A stretch of 64,000 nt of DNA, from positions 50,716,001-50,780,000 of the forward strand of contig NC_043001.1 in the NCBI RefSeq assembly GCF_006345805.1, given 5' to 3'. This document shows positions 1 to 14,122 of this stretch, in pieces (positions within the stretch are counted from its first letter, which is position 1; the number at the start of each line of letters is the position of its first letter). A program made the position numbers and the translations under genes. Source of the stretch: Octopus sinensis. Its lineage: Eukaryota. The notes below the pieces were generated by a model, which saw only the letters and a program-made list of their open reading frames with translations, searched no databases and was not told the origin of the DNA.

Positions 1-215
1 AGAGAGAGAGAGAGAAAGAGAGACGTGCATATCAGTCTCTTTTGTCAAACTGGTGAGTGACAAAACTGGTGAGGATGTAAACGCACCAATGCTGGTTGTC
101 AAACAGTGGTGGGAACAAAGGCACAAGAAAGCACTCATATATATTTATTTGTTACTTATGATTTGGTTTATGTCTATCATTGTTTGAATTGCGTAATAGT
201 GGCTTTTTTCTCTAA

Positions 216-246
<31 letters not shown>

Positions 247-326
247 CCCATGCTAGCATGGAAAGCGGACGTTAAATGATGATGATGATGATGATGATGA
301 TATATATATATATATATATATATATG

Positions 327-1159
327 CAGTGTGTTCAGGTTAAATTTGGTGATCACTTTCATGTCTTCTTTTTTGAAAAACAGCTTGATATTTTGTTGAA
401 CAGTGAAGGGCATTGGCGAGCATAAAGATTAAAGTTGTAGTCGTGAAAAAGTGAGCTGACATGAAGGACTGGAAGCCATCTGAATATTCGAATAGAATTA
501 CCTGTCTTTTGATGATTTATGTTGGGTATCAATATACTGACACCATGTCTGCTGCTCTATGCTCTGTGAAGGCTGTAAGATGTGGCATGGACAGTTGCAA
601 TGGTGACTATAAAGCTGTGCCCAGCAGGTCTTTGGATGTGTCTTCGGTGACACTGCCTCACATCTTTGAACAAGGCCTTAGGCTCAAGTCAGATGGCTAT
701 GTGAAGCTGCTGGATACTGTGGTCAATTCCTAGCTGGAGAGGGTTGCAGGTGGAAGGCAGGATTCAGTTCCTCGCTATATCTCTGGAAAGAATCAGAAGT
801 GGATTTTGGAAAATTTCTACAAGTTCACCAGCCTCAATTTTTAGCCTGCTAATTTTACTGATTGTAATCCCATGGATTACTATATGTGGGGCACAGTTGA
901 GAAAAACTTCAACCACTCTGCCTGTGACACCAAGGCCATGCTGTTAACCAAGATCAAGGAAATGTTCAAAGATCTGCCCATAAACACAGTGAGGAATGCA
1001 TGCACCAGGTTCTAGCACTGTCTTGAGGACATGGTGAAAGCTGAGGGCTGCTACTTTGAATAAACTGTTACCTCCCAGTTATAATCTCGATATATTTTGA
1101 TTTTTGAATTACTTTTATTCTTTGTTCTTTTCCTTTTCAAAATTAGCCTGAGCACCCGG
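327..1159 (+). mobile_element. Degenerate Tc1/mariner-superfamily element (maT/DD37D-like C-terminus), internally deleted
   Basis: Imperfect TIRs cagtgtgttcaggttaaatt (327) / aattagcctgagcacccgg (1141-1159). Broken frame reads PHIFEQGLRLKSDGYVKLL...F*PANFTDCNPMDYYMWGTVE...AEGCYFE*, matching the WPPNSPDxNPxD motif. Confidence 0.75.
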
Positions 1160-1325
1160 TGTATATTCAGCTAGTTTCTTACAGTTTCTATCTGCTAAAT
1201 CTAACATATCTTTGGTTGATGCAAAGCTTCAATAGAAGACACTTACCCAAGGTGCCACACAGTGGGACTGAACCTGAAACCATGTAATTGGGAAGCAAAC
1301 TTTTTACCACACAGCCATGCTTGTG

Positions 1326-1360
<35 letters not shown>

Positions 1361-1892
1361 ATAAAACAATGTTTCCTTTATATTTAAATCAAATATAAAA
1401 TTTTGAGGACCTAAAATTTAGTAATCACAAATATATAAATCAAAATTAATTGACTATGTATACTCTACTCACTTTAATGTTTGGTTTAAGAAGTTATTTG
1501 GGATAATTATAAAATTATAAACATTCATGCCATAGAATTGTTAATGACCTTCAGAAAGAAGTGCTGGACACATAATAATTAGCTGAGGTCAACTGCTGAA
1601 GTATCAGTCAAAAACAAGTGTCTACTGTTCTATTCTGGTCATGTTCCTATTTTTAAAATAATTATTACAAGAGTGGTATGGCAAGAACATGTAGAGTGTG
1701 GGACACCACAGTTTAAAGCACAAAGTTACAAAGCTTCTGCAGTCAAATCCTGCAATGGTCAACTCTACTTGTCATCCTTCATGCATTTACATGCGTTTGT
1801 GTGTATATGTGTGTGTGAGTGTGTATGTGTGTGTGTGTGTGTGTGTGTCTTTACATATTCTTCAAATATCACCAGTTACTAGTGATGACATT

Positions 1893-2070
1893 TATCATCA
1901 TCATTAAGCATCTGCTTTCCATGCTCGCAGGGTTACATGGTTTAACTGGAACTGGTAAGCTGTAGAGTTACACCAGGTTCCAGTCTGATTTGGCATGGTT
2001 TCAATGGCCAGATGCCCTTCCTAGCGCAAACCACTCAAAGAGTGTAATGGGTGCTTTTTATGTGTCACCA
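1893..2070 (-). mobile_element. 3' tail fragment of the RTE-like repeat family with (GAT)n tail
   Basis: catcatcatt...gctttccatgct...gatgcccttcct; homologous to 14963-15150, 42538-42850 and 44230-44412. Confidence 0.6.
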
Positions 2071-2165
2071 TGTCTATTGTCATTTTGTTTTTTTGTCAAC
2101 AAATTGTCTGTTGGCTTTGCACTTTTGAAGATGTGTGAAATAAGAGATTCTTTACTTAAAAAGCA

Positions 2166-2577
2166 AGCAAGGAGTGGCTGTGTGGTAAGTAGCTTGCTTA
2201 CCAACCACATGGTTCTGGGTTCAGTCCCACTGTGTGACACCTTGGGCAAGTGTCTTCTGCTATAGCCTCAGGCCGACCAATGCCTTGTGAGTGGATTTGG
2301 TAGACGGAAACTGAAAGAAGCCTGTCGTATATATGTATATATATATGTATGTATGTGTGTGTGTATGTTTGTGTGTCTGTGTTTGTCCCCCTAGCATTGC
2401 TTGACAACCAATGCTGGTGTGTTTACGTCCCCGTCGCTTAGCGGTTCGGCAAAAGAGACCGATAGAATAAGTACTAGGCTTACAAAGAATAAGTCCCGGG
2501 ATCGATTTGCTCGACTAAAGGCAGTGCTCCAGCATGGCCGCAGTCAAATGACTGAAACAAGTAAAAGAGTAAAGAGT
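2166..2577 (+). mobile_element. tRNA-derived SINE family A, full length
   Basis: A-box-like tggctgtgtgg, B-box-like ggttcagtccc, internal (TA)/(TG) tract, tail (aagagta)n; more than 10 homologous copies in the window. Confidence 0.9.
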
Positions 2578-2702
2578 AAGGGTTAACAATGGGAAAAGGA
2601 TCTGGCTGTAAAATAAAACCTCAGTAATCATTTGTCTAAACTGTGTTAGCATGGAAAATGAACATAAAATGAATGAACTTACACACATACATATCTTCTA
2701 TC

Positions 2703-2909
2703 TTTTTCTTGTTTCAGTCATTAGACAGCAGCCATGCTGGGGCTCTGCCTTGAAGAATTTTAATCGAACAAATTAACCCCAATATTTTCAGTATCTTTTT
2801 TTAAGTCGTGTGCTTATTCTATTGATCTTTTTTGCTGAACATCTAAGTTAAAGGGATGTGAACACACCAACATTGGTTGTCAAGAGGTGATGGGGAACAA
2901 ACACAGACA

Positions 2910-2946
<37 letters not shown>

Positions 2947-3147
2947 CACACACACACACACACACACACCACACACACACAAAATGGGCTCCTTTCAGTT
3001 TCTATCTATCAAATCAACTCACATAGCTTTGGTCAGCCTGAGGCTATAGTAAAAAATAATTGCCCGAGGTGCCAGTAGTGGAACTGAACCCCAAACCATG
3101 TAGTAAGGAAACAAACTTCTTACCACATAGTCACACCTGCCCCCATG
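2703..3147 (-). mobile_element. SINE family A, diverged copy
   Basis: Reverse-complement homology to 2166-2577 with an internal (CA)n tract. Confidence 0.8.
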
Positions 3148-4150
3148 CCTGTCCCTAAGATGTTGCATTGGACAGCACTTCCCCTTCACTGGTGCACCCT
3201 CAGATTACAGTGATACACATATTTTGAAACTCCTCATTAGTATTATTACAAAGTAGTGCCCTCCCAGAATTTCCTGAAGCACACTTAAGCACCAAAGTTT
3301 GATAACAGGTCTGCCTGTGCCATATGTAGACATACATATATTGTTTAATTAATTAATTAATCAATTACAGTCTTGAAAGGGTAGAAAATCAGAATATTTC
3401 TAATGTAGTGTTCAACCCAAGCTCACAACTCTCTACACTCTTGAATTGGAGTTTCAAAGACTGAAGATGTGCTAAACTATTTCACTGACTTCATATATAT
3501 ACATTATTTTTTTTTATTATGGCTGACCCCTTGTTATTGAGTATGGCCATTGCACGAAGCTTAACTGTTACTGGTGCTGTGATCGAATGTGACTTTTTAG
3601 CCCAGCTAAAGACTACAATGTCTTGTACAAAATTGGCAACTAAAACCTTTACTGATAATAGCCGGCTGTAGTTGTAACTGGGCTTTATGTACCTTTGCAT
3701 AGACTAGACATCTAGTTTCATCTATTCCATAAACATCATCAGTGAGGACTGCTTAACCAGCACAATTTTGGTTAATTCTGCCTGTAGGAAGAGCATTTAC
3801 ACTCTTCCTACAGCATTAAGAGTATTTTAACTCTTATTTCTAGCAATGCAGGTGCATCAGCACCCTTAGTCACACTTAGTGATGATTGAATTTTTCCTTT
3901 ATGATATCACATTGTGGTTAGCTGTTTATATTAATTTTAGACAGACAGATAGACAAACAAACAGATAAATAGATATAGATACAGATATATAAATATATAT
4001 TAAACAATTATTTGACTTTAAGTTTAAATTATTTCTATGTTTTACAACAAATATATCTTTCAACAAATATGTCTTTCTCCAAATATTTATTGAAAAATAT
4101 GTATTTTGATGTATTTGTAGTAGTTATCTTGGGCACCATCAATTGGCAGT

Positions 4151-4455
4151 TTTGTTTGTTTCTTCCCGAGCCATGCCTAGCTCATAAGGGCTGGTTACCT
4201 GGTTTCCTTGGCATATACGATCCCCACCTGGACGGGATGCCGGTCCATCGCAGATGAACTGTAAGATGCAGGAGGAAAGAGTGAGAGAAAGTTCTGGCGA
4301 AAGAGTCAGCAGAAGTTCGCCATTACCTTCTGCCGGCGCCGCGTGGAGCTTAGGTGTTTCACTGATAAACACACACATTGTCCGGTCTGAGATTCGAACC
4401 TGTAATCCCTCGACTGCGAGTCCGCTGCTCTAACCATTAGGCCACGTGCCTCCAC
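4151..4455 (-). mobile_element. tRNA-derived SINE family C (V-domain-like body)
   Basis: Head gtggaggcacgtggcctaatggttagagc...ggttcgaatc; body ctgcgatggaccggcatcccgtccagg; flanking duplication catcaattggcagtt / catcaattgacagtt. Confidence 0.9.
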
Positions 4456-5980
4456 ATCAATTGACAGTTATAAAAGGGGAAGGCTGAAGGGCTCTTACCA
4501 GCAAACCATCCAAAATGACCTGAAGGCAGTCAGTATTACATGGAATGGATGTGCAAGAGTAGCAGCCAACCAAACCCATGTTCAGTTAGTTCACCATCAT
4601 CAATTAACCATAGGGAAAGTTCATTGTCATCAATTCACTGGGTATGTTTTTCCAATAAAATAGTGTTTAACTATTCATGGTGAGATAATATGAATATATT
4701 TTCTCAATAAACTTTTCTCCCAGTGTACTTACCTCATGGTGAACTTTCCTTGCGGTGAATTGATGGCAGTGAACTTACCTGTAATCAACCAAACCTGATG
4801 GAATAAGCTTGCCAAAGAATGTGTTGAGCTGTGCACAAGAACCTAAAGCTAATGTATTTGATGTCAATTTATATTTTGGATCAATTTCAATTTCTAACAG
4901 CTGTGATTTTTCAACAATTTTGTCTTTTGACCAATATGATTTTGATAAATATGTCATAAACTACTATATTATACTTTTTATATATATTATATTATATGTT
5001 AATGCCATTAAACTGCTGTATCAGATTTACAGCATCATTAGACAGTCAGGCAAAATCTTATGTAGTACATAAACAGATCATTATGTTCTGAGTTCAAATG
5101 ATGCTAAAGACAACTTGTCTTATATCCCTTCTGTGATTAATAAAATAAATATTAGTCAATCATTGGTTGGGTGGTGTGAGGGAATCAAAGCAATCAAATA
5201 TTCCCCTTCTTAGGTCTTCTGCCTTAGTTTGAAATGATCATATATTATATACTAAGCCCAGCAACAAAGGTTTCATTAATCAGCACGTGTGTGTGTGTGC
5301 TGGTGTGTGAGTAGGAGAAAGTAGGGTTTTAATTTTGTGTTTTTCTGCTGTTGTTTTTCTTTCTTACCTAACCACACTTACCCTTTCTCTCTTATTCACT
5401 ATCTCAGAGCCTGAACATTAAGATTGTCCACTCCTCAAATGACAATTGAATGCATCAAACTCTTCCAAAAGCTCTTCCCTATTAGCTGAAGATTATCAGC
5501 TAATAATACATTATGAAATCACAAAGATACTTGGAGCTAATGTTTGTTTCTTGTCTCCATGACACTAAATAGATGGGAAACAAACATTTCACAAGATTTT
5601 CTTCAAGTGACTTTTCCCTTGAGAATGATTAAACTCAGCTCATGCAATTTAATTAGTTTACTTGTTTATCAATTCCACAGTGATGATTCTGCTTTCAGCA
5701 TCAGTAGCAAATCACACCCTACTAGCTTGATAAAAATAAAAACACATTAGATGTGTTTGTCCCAGATGTTTTGTGTCTAACATAAGATAAGGTGGCTACA
5801 GCTGCAATGCATTTCATCATAGATCTGCCTAATCTATCTGACCCAAAGGTCAAGCAACAACATTATGGTATTAACTTACCCATTTCATACTGATCTTCCC
5901 CAAGCCGCTCCTGATTTCGTGATACAAAACTTATTAAAAGTGTTCCTATTTCAATATTCCATTTTATTGTGTTGAGTAAG

Positions 5981-6643
5981 ATGGCAAGTTGGCAGAAACA
6001 TTAGGACGCCTGAAAGTAAAACAAAAAAAAGGCGGCATGCTGGCAGAAATGTTAGCATGCCAGGCGAAATGCTTAGCGGTATTTTGTCTGCCGTTATGTT
6101 CTGAGTTCAAATTCTGCCGAGGTCGACTTTGCCTTTCATTCTTTCGGGGTCGATAAATTAAGTACCAATTACGCACTGGAGTTGATGTAATCGACTTAAT
6201 CCGTTTGTCTGTCCTTGTTTGTCCTCTCTATGTTTAGCCCCTTGTGGGTAGTAAAGAAATAGGTATTTCGTCTGCCTCTACATTCTGTGTTCAAATTCCG
6301 CCGAGGTCGACTTTGCCTTTCATCCTTTCGGGGTCGATTAAATAAGTACCAGTTATGCATTGAGGTAGATATAATCGACTTAATCCATTTGTCTGTCCTT
6401 ATTTGCCCCCTCTGTGTGTAGCCCCTTATAGGCAGTAAAGAAATAAGTAACGTTAGGATGGCAGGTGAAATGCTTAGCGGTTTTTCGACTGTCTTTACAT
6501 TCTGAGTTCAAATTCTGCCAAGGTCGACTTTGCCTTGCATCCTTTCAAGGACAATAAATTAAGTACTAGTTGTGTACTGGGGTCGATCTAATCGACTGAC
6601 CTGCTCCCCCCAAATTTTGGTCCTTGTGCTTAGAGTAGAAAAG
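5981..6643 (+). mobile_element. Tandem array of about three SINE family B units (Nin/Deu-domain-like)
   Basis: Three copies of ttctgagttcaaattc.gccgaggtcgactttgcctttcatcctttcggggtcgat...aagtacc near 6100, 6283 and 6500. Confidence 0.85.
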
Positions 6644-6879
6644 ATTATATTGAGTCGAGTCAAAAGTTTTACAACATTTTGGTAACTTATTTGCTTCATT
6701 TGTTGAGTCACAACAAAAGCAGTCTAGCATTCAAGGTAGGGGGCCATCATGTTCCACCATCCGAAGCTACGTTTCTGCCAATTCTTTGATCCCACACTGA
6801 CACCCATTCTTGTCCACTGAAGCAAAGAACTCCTTCGCTGAAGCTTCCATCTCCTCTTGATTGATGAATCAGCAGACAT

Positions 6880-7662
6880 CAGAGTTAGGAAGCACCAACA
6901 AGTTGGAATTTCTCCATTTTGATGGGGATTTTTCTGATTTTTTTTTTCAGGGTGCCCTTGGAAATGATCAGGAGCATCTTTTTAGCCAAAAAATAATTTT
7001 TTGAAAAATTATTTTATTTATATCTGCTATCTTCCCCTCTCCAGGCCGATTTTAGTCAATTTTGTGGGCACTATGCACAATTATTTTTTCAGCACTATGT
7101 ACTTAAAAACTATAGGGGAAGTCTTTTCAGAAAAAAAAAACCCAACATATTTTCAGTTGTAAAAGTGTGTGATTTAAGGGACATTTGGCTACTCTGACAA
7201 GTATTGATGTTTTTCAATAATTTCTTCCCATCGATAGCATAAAGTCATTTATGGTATTAAAAATTATTTTTAAAAATTTATTATTTTCATCAACCCTAAA
7301 CGTTACTGGTCATGGGATATGCTAGAAAGAACAGCCAAATGTTCCTTAAATCACACACCTTTTCGTCTGAAAAAATGTATTTTTGTTTTTACCAGAAAGG
7401 CTACTCCTATAGTTTTAAAGTGCATAGTGCCCCCCAAAAAATCATCATGCATAGTGCCCACAAAATTGACCAAAATCAGTCTGGAGAGGAGGAGGTGGTG
7501 GTAGGGGAAGAGGGAGGTTTAAGAAAAGCAGTTTTTCTAATAATTCTTGCTTTTTATAGAAAAAATGTTCTAGATCATTTCCAAGGGTGCCATGAAAAAA
7601 TAAATCTGAAAAATCCCTGTCAAAATGGAGAAATTCCAACTTATTGGTGCTTCCTAGCTCTG
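6880..7662. mobile_element. Fold-back MITE with about 320-bp imperfect TIRs, nested in the mariner
   Basis: Termini cagagttaggaagcaccaacaagttggaatttctcc / ggagaaattccaacttattggtgcttcctagctctg; flanked by acat on both sides. Confidence 0.85.
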
Positions 7663-8357
7663 ACATCCACTGATGAAACATCACAGGTGTGGGGAATGAG
7701 CCATGGATTGGAATAAGTAATAATCTGGGGGAGCTAGGTTCAAAATATATACTGGGTGCCACATCAGTTTAATTCCCTTGAGTTCCTGGAGTTTATTCTG
7801 AGTCATTCAAGTAGTATGAGGTCTTGTGCTGTCCTATTGCGAAAAAGCTTGTTTTCTATTAACTAGTGCCCAGTATTTTTGCTACACATTGGCATATAAC
7901 GGTACCAGCTGTTTGGAGTAGGGGCTGGTATCAGTGGGACGACCATCCAGAATGAACTCAACATGAACTATATCTTCATAATTCCACCAGATGCAGAGCA
8001 TCACCTTGTGTTCGAAATCTGCACATTTGACAACAGATTTCAAAAGGTAGCTCTTGCTTTAACCATTGTTTATGCATGTTAGAATTGCAGAAAAATATTT
8101 TTGGGGATTATTACTTGTTCTGATCTATGGCTCACTTCCTGCACTCACAACACTTCATCAACCAAGAAGCGCTGGAAGCTTCAGTGGAGGAGTTCTTTAC
8201 CTCAAAGGATAAAAACTGATACCTGTATGTGACCAAAGAACTGGTAAAAAGGTGTCATCAGATGGTGCAACATGATGGCCTCTACTTTAAATGCTACATT
8301 GCTTTTGTTGTAATTTGATGAATAAAGCAAGTTAGTTACCAAAATATTGCAAAGCTT

Positions 8358-9579
<1,222 letters not shown>

Positions 9580-9862
9580 TATTGCAAAGCTTTTGACTCA
9601 ACACAATAATTTTACATAAAAACCATTCATTTGCTTTATTTTCTGACATGCAAATTGAATTTTCCAGACCAAAATTTACAGCCAAAGTAGATAGGCTGAC
9701 TTATACAACAAGATGATGTTGGAGGACCTGCAGTTCCATATGAAATGCAGCAAGATTTGGAAAGATAGTGATGGTGTTTGAATGTTTACATGACATATTT
9801 ACATTATACAAGGTGCATTCAAAAAATATCCAACTTTATTTTTTCCCTGCCAAAACTAATAC

Positions 9863-10088
9863 TTATTTCTTTACTACCCACAGGGGGTTAAACACAGAGG
9901 GGACAAACAAGGACAGACAAACGGATTAAGTCGATTACATCGACCTCAGTGCGTAACAGGTGCTTAATTTATCGACCCTGAAGGGATGAAAGGCTAAGCC
10001 GACCTCGGCAGAATTTGAACTCAGAACGTACCGGCAGACGAAATAGCGCTAAGCATTTCGCCCGGCGTGCTACCGATTCTGCCAACTC
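9863..10088 (-). mobile_element. SINE family B nested in the mariner TIR
   Basis: Homology to 44477-44706; duplication ctgccaaaactaatac at 9847-9862 and 10088-10103. Confidence 0.9.
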
Positions 10089-10579
10089 TGCCAAAACTAA
10101 TACCACATGAGCAAAATCTTAAGGGTGGGAAGTGATGCCACCCTTCTTGTGCATGTGTGAAAATTTTCATGCCAGTATGCTGTGTCAGTTTCTGGCTGCT
10201 ATGTCTAGAGTACAGACATGCAGTGCATGCTTGTTGGATTGTCATTTTTCATGCAAGATGACCATATACATATGGTCATCTTGCAGAAACCATTGAGCAG
10301 AGACCATAAACCCATCCCTCATCACCAGTGATGATGGTCTTCATGAAGTCTAGTTTGTGGTTTGCACAATCCAGCATGTCCCGAGTGATTCCATACTGAG
10401 TTGTTTCTGCTGCTCTACCAGTACCTTGGGAATAAATTTCACTGACACTCTCTGCATGTGCAAATCCTCTGTTAAAATAGAATTCCTAGATCTGTGCTTA
10501 TTCCCACTTCATAAACAATTTCCTGGACTGTTATACAATGTTCTTCCATGGCTATTCACTAAACCTTGGTCGGCTCCCT

Positions 10580-10670
10580 AAGCATGCCTCACTCTCCACT
10601 GGATGCCTCACTCTCCACTGCATGCCTCACTCTCCCTAAGCCTCCCTCAGCATGCCTCACTCTCCACTAA
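10580..10670. repeat. Short tandem repeat with a unit of about 19 bp (catgcctcactctccactg), about four copies
   Basis: Seen directly in the sequence. Confidence 0.85.
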
Positions 10671-11199
10671 GGTGCAGCCATGTTTGAAGTGATTATACAA
10701 CTCCTTGATCTAAGTTTTGCCCATGGCATCATCTTGCCAGAGGTCTGCTTAATCTTCTGGATGCTTTTATCGTGAGTATCACCAAGTTTTTGGCAAAACT
10801 TGATGCAGTATCTTTGTCTGATGAAAATGAAAATCCAACAAGTGTGCACTACATGTCTGTTCTCTAGGTGTAGCAGATGGGAATTGATGTGGCCTACCAC
10901 TGTAAAAATTTTTACACATGGGCAGGAGATTGGCTTCACCTTCCACACAAAGGATTTTACTGACATGGCATTAGTTTTGGTGTAAAAAATAAAGTCAGAT
11001 AGTTTTTGAATGTGCCTCATGTAATACATTGACCTGTATGCCAAAACACACAGCATGTTATATTCCAAAAACCAGCTTAATAATGTCAAAGTTAATTAAT
11101 TTACTGAATCTTTCTAAATTCTTGATTACTTTCAGAATTAATGAAACATATGAGCAGGGCATTTTCATCGCAAATATAATCACAAGTGGGTCAAAACTA

Positions 11200-12140
11200 A
11201 GTAGATTTCAGAGTTGAATGTCCTGGTCACAGACACAATTCAGTACTGATAGCAGGGCACCAACTAGCAATATCTCCACAATCTCCTTCTGCTCTTCCTC
11301 GGCAAGGAATTGGTCCTTGGCAGCTTTCAGGTGTTCTCTAGCTGCACTTTTGAGTTTGCCAAGCAGACGTTCTTCCTCTTCTTCTCTCTCCTTGTCACCA
11401 GGACCTCACTTGCTTCTGCCACTCCATACAGGGGCTTCTGTCTCTCCACACAGAGCACTAAACCTGTTCCTTACTTCTATTGTGTACTTCTCCTATAGCT
11501 TATCATCTTCCTTGAAAGCTCCCCAGTCATAGATTGTTCTCCAAGGCTGAGCCTTACTCTTTCTTAAGCTCACTGGGACCTTACTCAAAACAAGCCGGTG
11601 GATACTGCTCAGTGTACTGAAATAGTTGTATGGTTCTGGTTTCAGAACACTATTCTACCACTTCTTCCTCGCCAGAATAAAACCAATATGGGACTTGGAC
11701 TGATGCATATCAGAAACATAGGATCATATTTTCTCCAGATTCTTCCTAAACCTTGGGCTGGTTGCCATCAAGTTTATCTCCTGCAGGGTGTCCCTCAGTA
11801 GTCTCCTATTTTGGTTGGTTTTGTTATGGAAGTACCAGTAAGGATCTTCACTGCTCTCCTTATTCAAATGTGCATTGAGGTCACCCAGAACAAGCAGGAT
11901 GTTATGAGCTGGTGTGGAACTCCTCTGCATACACATCACTGTTCCCCTGTGTTGGACTATAGGCTGAGAGGACTGTCAACCTTGAGTTTCCATTGAAGGT
12001 CACCCTCAACACTTACAGGGAGACAAGTATGATTTGCCTCACTAACAGATTGGCTCTTGCATTACACACAAAACCCTCTCCTCCTACTTCAGCACCAGCC
12101 ATGTTCCTCACTGCTGATGTGATTATGAGCTGGCTCCTCT
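11200..12140 (-). mobile_element. Degenerate LINE ORF2 fragment, APE endonuclease region
   Basis: LLVLGDLNAHL and NKTNQNRRLLRDTLQEINLMATSPRFRK motifs; multiple stops and frameshifts. Confidence 0.75.
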
Positions 12141-12144
12141 TTCC

Positions 12145-12347
12145 AGCCATATCTGGCCCAAAATGTTCTATCTGTTTTATGTTCAAAGTAGCCAGATCTG
12201 GCTTCTCACACCTACCTGACAATGCCATTCAAATCATAGACAATCAGATCATCAAAATCTCAATGTTGTGAGATAATGCTTGATTAATTCAAAACAATGT
12301 GAATGAATGAATATTACAACTGACAGAGAAACCCGAATGCTAAAGGG
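12145..12347 (+). mobile_element. piggyBac-type MITE, left end missing or degenerate
   Basis: Homologous to 12965-13184; ends aaaggg followed by TTAA. Confidence 0.65.
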
Positions 12348-12964
12348 TTAAATACACAACTACAAAAATAAAAAAAAAACTGTGTCATTCCAGTTCAATG
12401 TACTTTACAATTTTTTGGTAGAACAATTATAAATGTTGGAGCAATTATATGGTTAGTATAAATAAATTGGAACATCCTTTATTACAAAATAAAGTCTCCC
12501 AATTTCCCTTTTATTTATTTATTTATTTATTTATTTATTGCAGGGCTTCCAAGACTGATGAAGGGAAAGAAGGAAGAAACCTTAGATAAAAGACCAAATC
12601 TGAATACTTAAACCGAGTGGACTCCACTAAAGGCCTCCAGGCCTACAAAGGTCAGATCTGCATGGTATTAAACCATGTTGTAGATTAAGTCTACCACCAG
12701 CTTATTGTTAGGATTAACTCCACATCATCCATGACCAAGCAATCTTATGATGAAAGGCATTTCAGCCATAACAATCATGTCTTTAGTTCTCAGATGCAAT
12801 ATACCTAGGACTACATTATCCAATATGTTTACTGTATTTTTTTTCAGACTATAGGTTGTGATTTCAGGGAAATTTGGCTGCTTTTTTTTAACAGGTTGAG
12901 AGACAGTTACCTAATTATATTGGGGTTTTTTTATGCTATCAAGAAGAGCCTCAGTACATGTTAA

Positions 12965-13184
12965 CCCTTTTATATATAAACCAGCTGTATCCAACCAAAA
13001 TATTTTACTTGTTTTATGTTCAAACTGGCCAAATCTGACCCCTTACATCTACCCTACAATATCAATCTAAAAATAAATTACTGCATCATTAGAATTTAGA
13101 AGCTATGAGATAATTCATGATTAATTCAAAACAATGTGAAGAAATAAGCATTACATTTAATAGAATAATCTGAGCACTAAAGGT
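12965..13184 (+). mobile_element. piggyBac-type MITE
   Basis: TTAA-ccctttt ... aaaggt-TTAA termini; second copy at 12145-12347. Confidence 0.7.
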
Positions 13185-13484
13185 TTAACACAATTTGGAC
13201 AAGTATCAAATGACAGGAGGATGTGACCCACAAATCAGTGTGTTTAGATATGATGTCTAATGTAGACAATAAGTCATCTTGTGATCATTAGATTATGATT
13301 CATACTGTGTTACTGATCCAATGACAGCAGGTGCTACATGGCTGCTCAACATGCTAGAATTAGAAGTCAAATCCCTCTCATATATCATAGCATCTTTAAT
13401 AAGATGTTAGAAATTATTCCATAGCATCTTTCATAAAAAGATAATAAGTTCACATGAAAATAACAATAAAAAATAATGCATTAT

Positions 13485-13908
<424 letters not shown>

Positions 13909-14122
13909 AATGTTATTTCATTTACTTATGAACTAACAATGAACAGATACCAGAACCGAACACAATCTTTTGAATTAAACTCTGTCATTAAATAATTTAT
14001 TTTTAGATATAACATGTCTGGAGAAAAAGTAGAATGGTCATATTTGGAATGGTTTTGGTCAGAATACATTTGGCCAATAAGAGCTGATGTAGGACCAAAA
14101 CAACTGAAGACCACACTTAAAA

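Larger units (their letters stand above)
9809..11019 (-). mobile_element. Non-autonomous mariner derivative with long inverted 5' ends
   Basis: Termini caaggtgcattcaaaaaatatc / gatagtttttgaatgtgcctc; 10090-10260 is the inverse of 10820-10980; N-terminal remnant QRYCIKFCQKLGDT on the - strand. Confidence 0.8.

Noticed and set aside
7312-7762. 134-aa and 105-aa ORFs
   Set aside because: They lie in the arm of a non-coding fold-back MITE and show no protein motifs.
10580-10670. Short repeat arrays as CRISPR-like (also 18798-18870 and 27635-27685)
   Set aside because: Contiguous tandem units without unique spacers, eukaryotic context and no cas genes.
12555-12585. CTGATGA...GAAAC hammerhead-like spacing
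   Set aside because: The intervening purine run cannot form stem II and there is no stem I.
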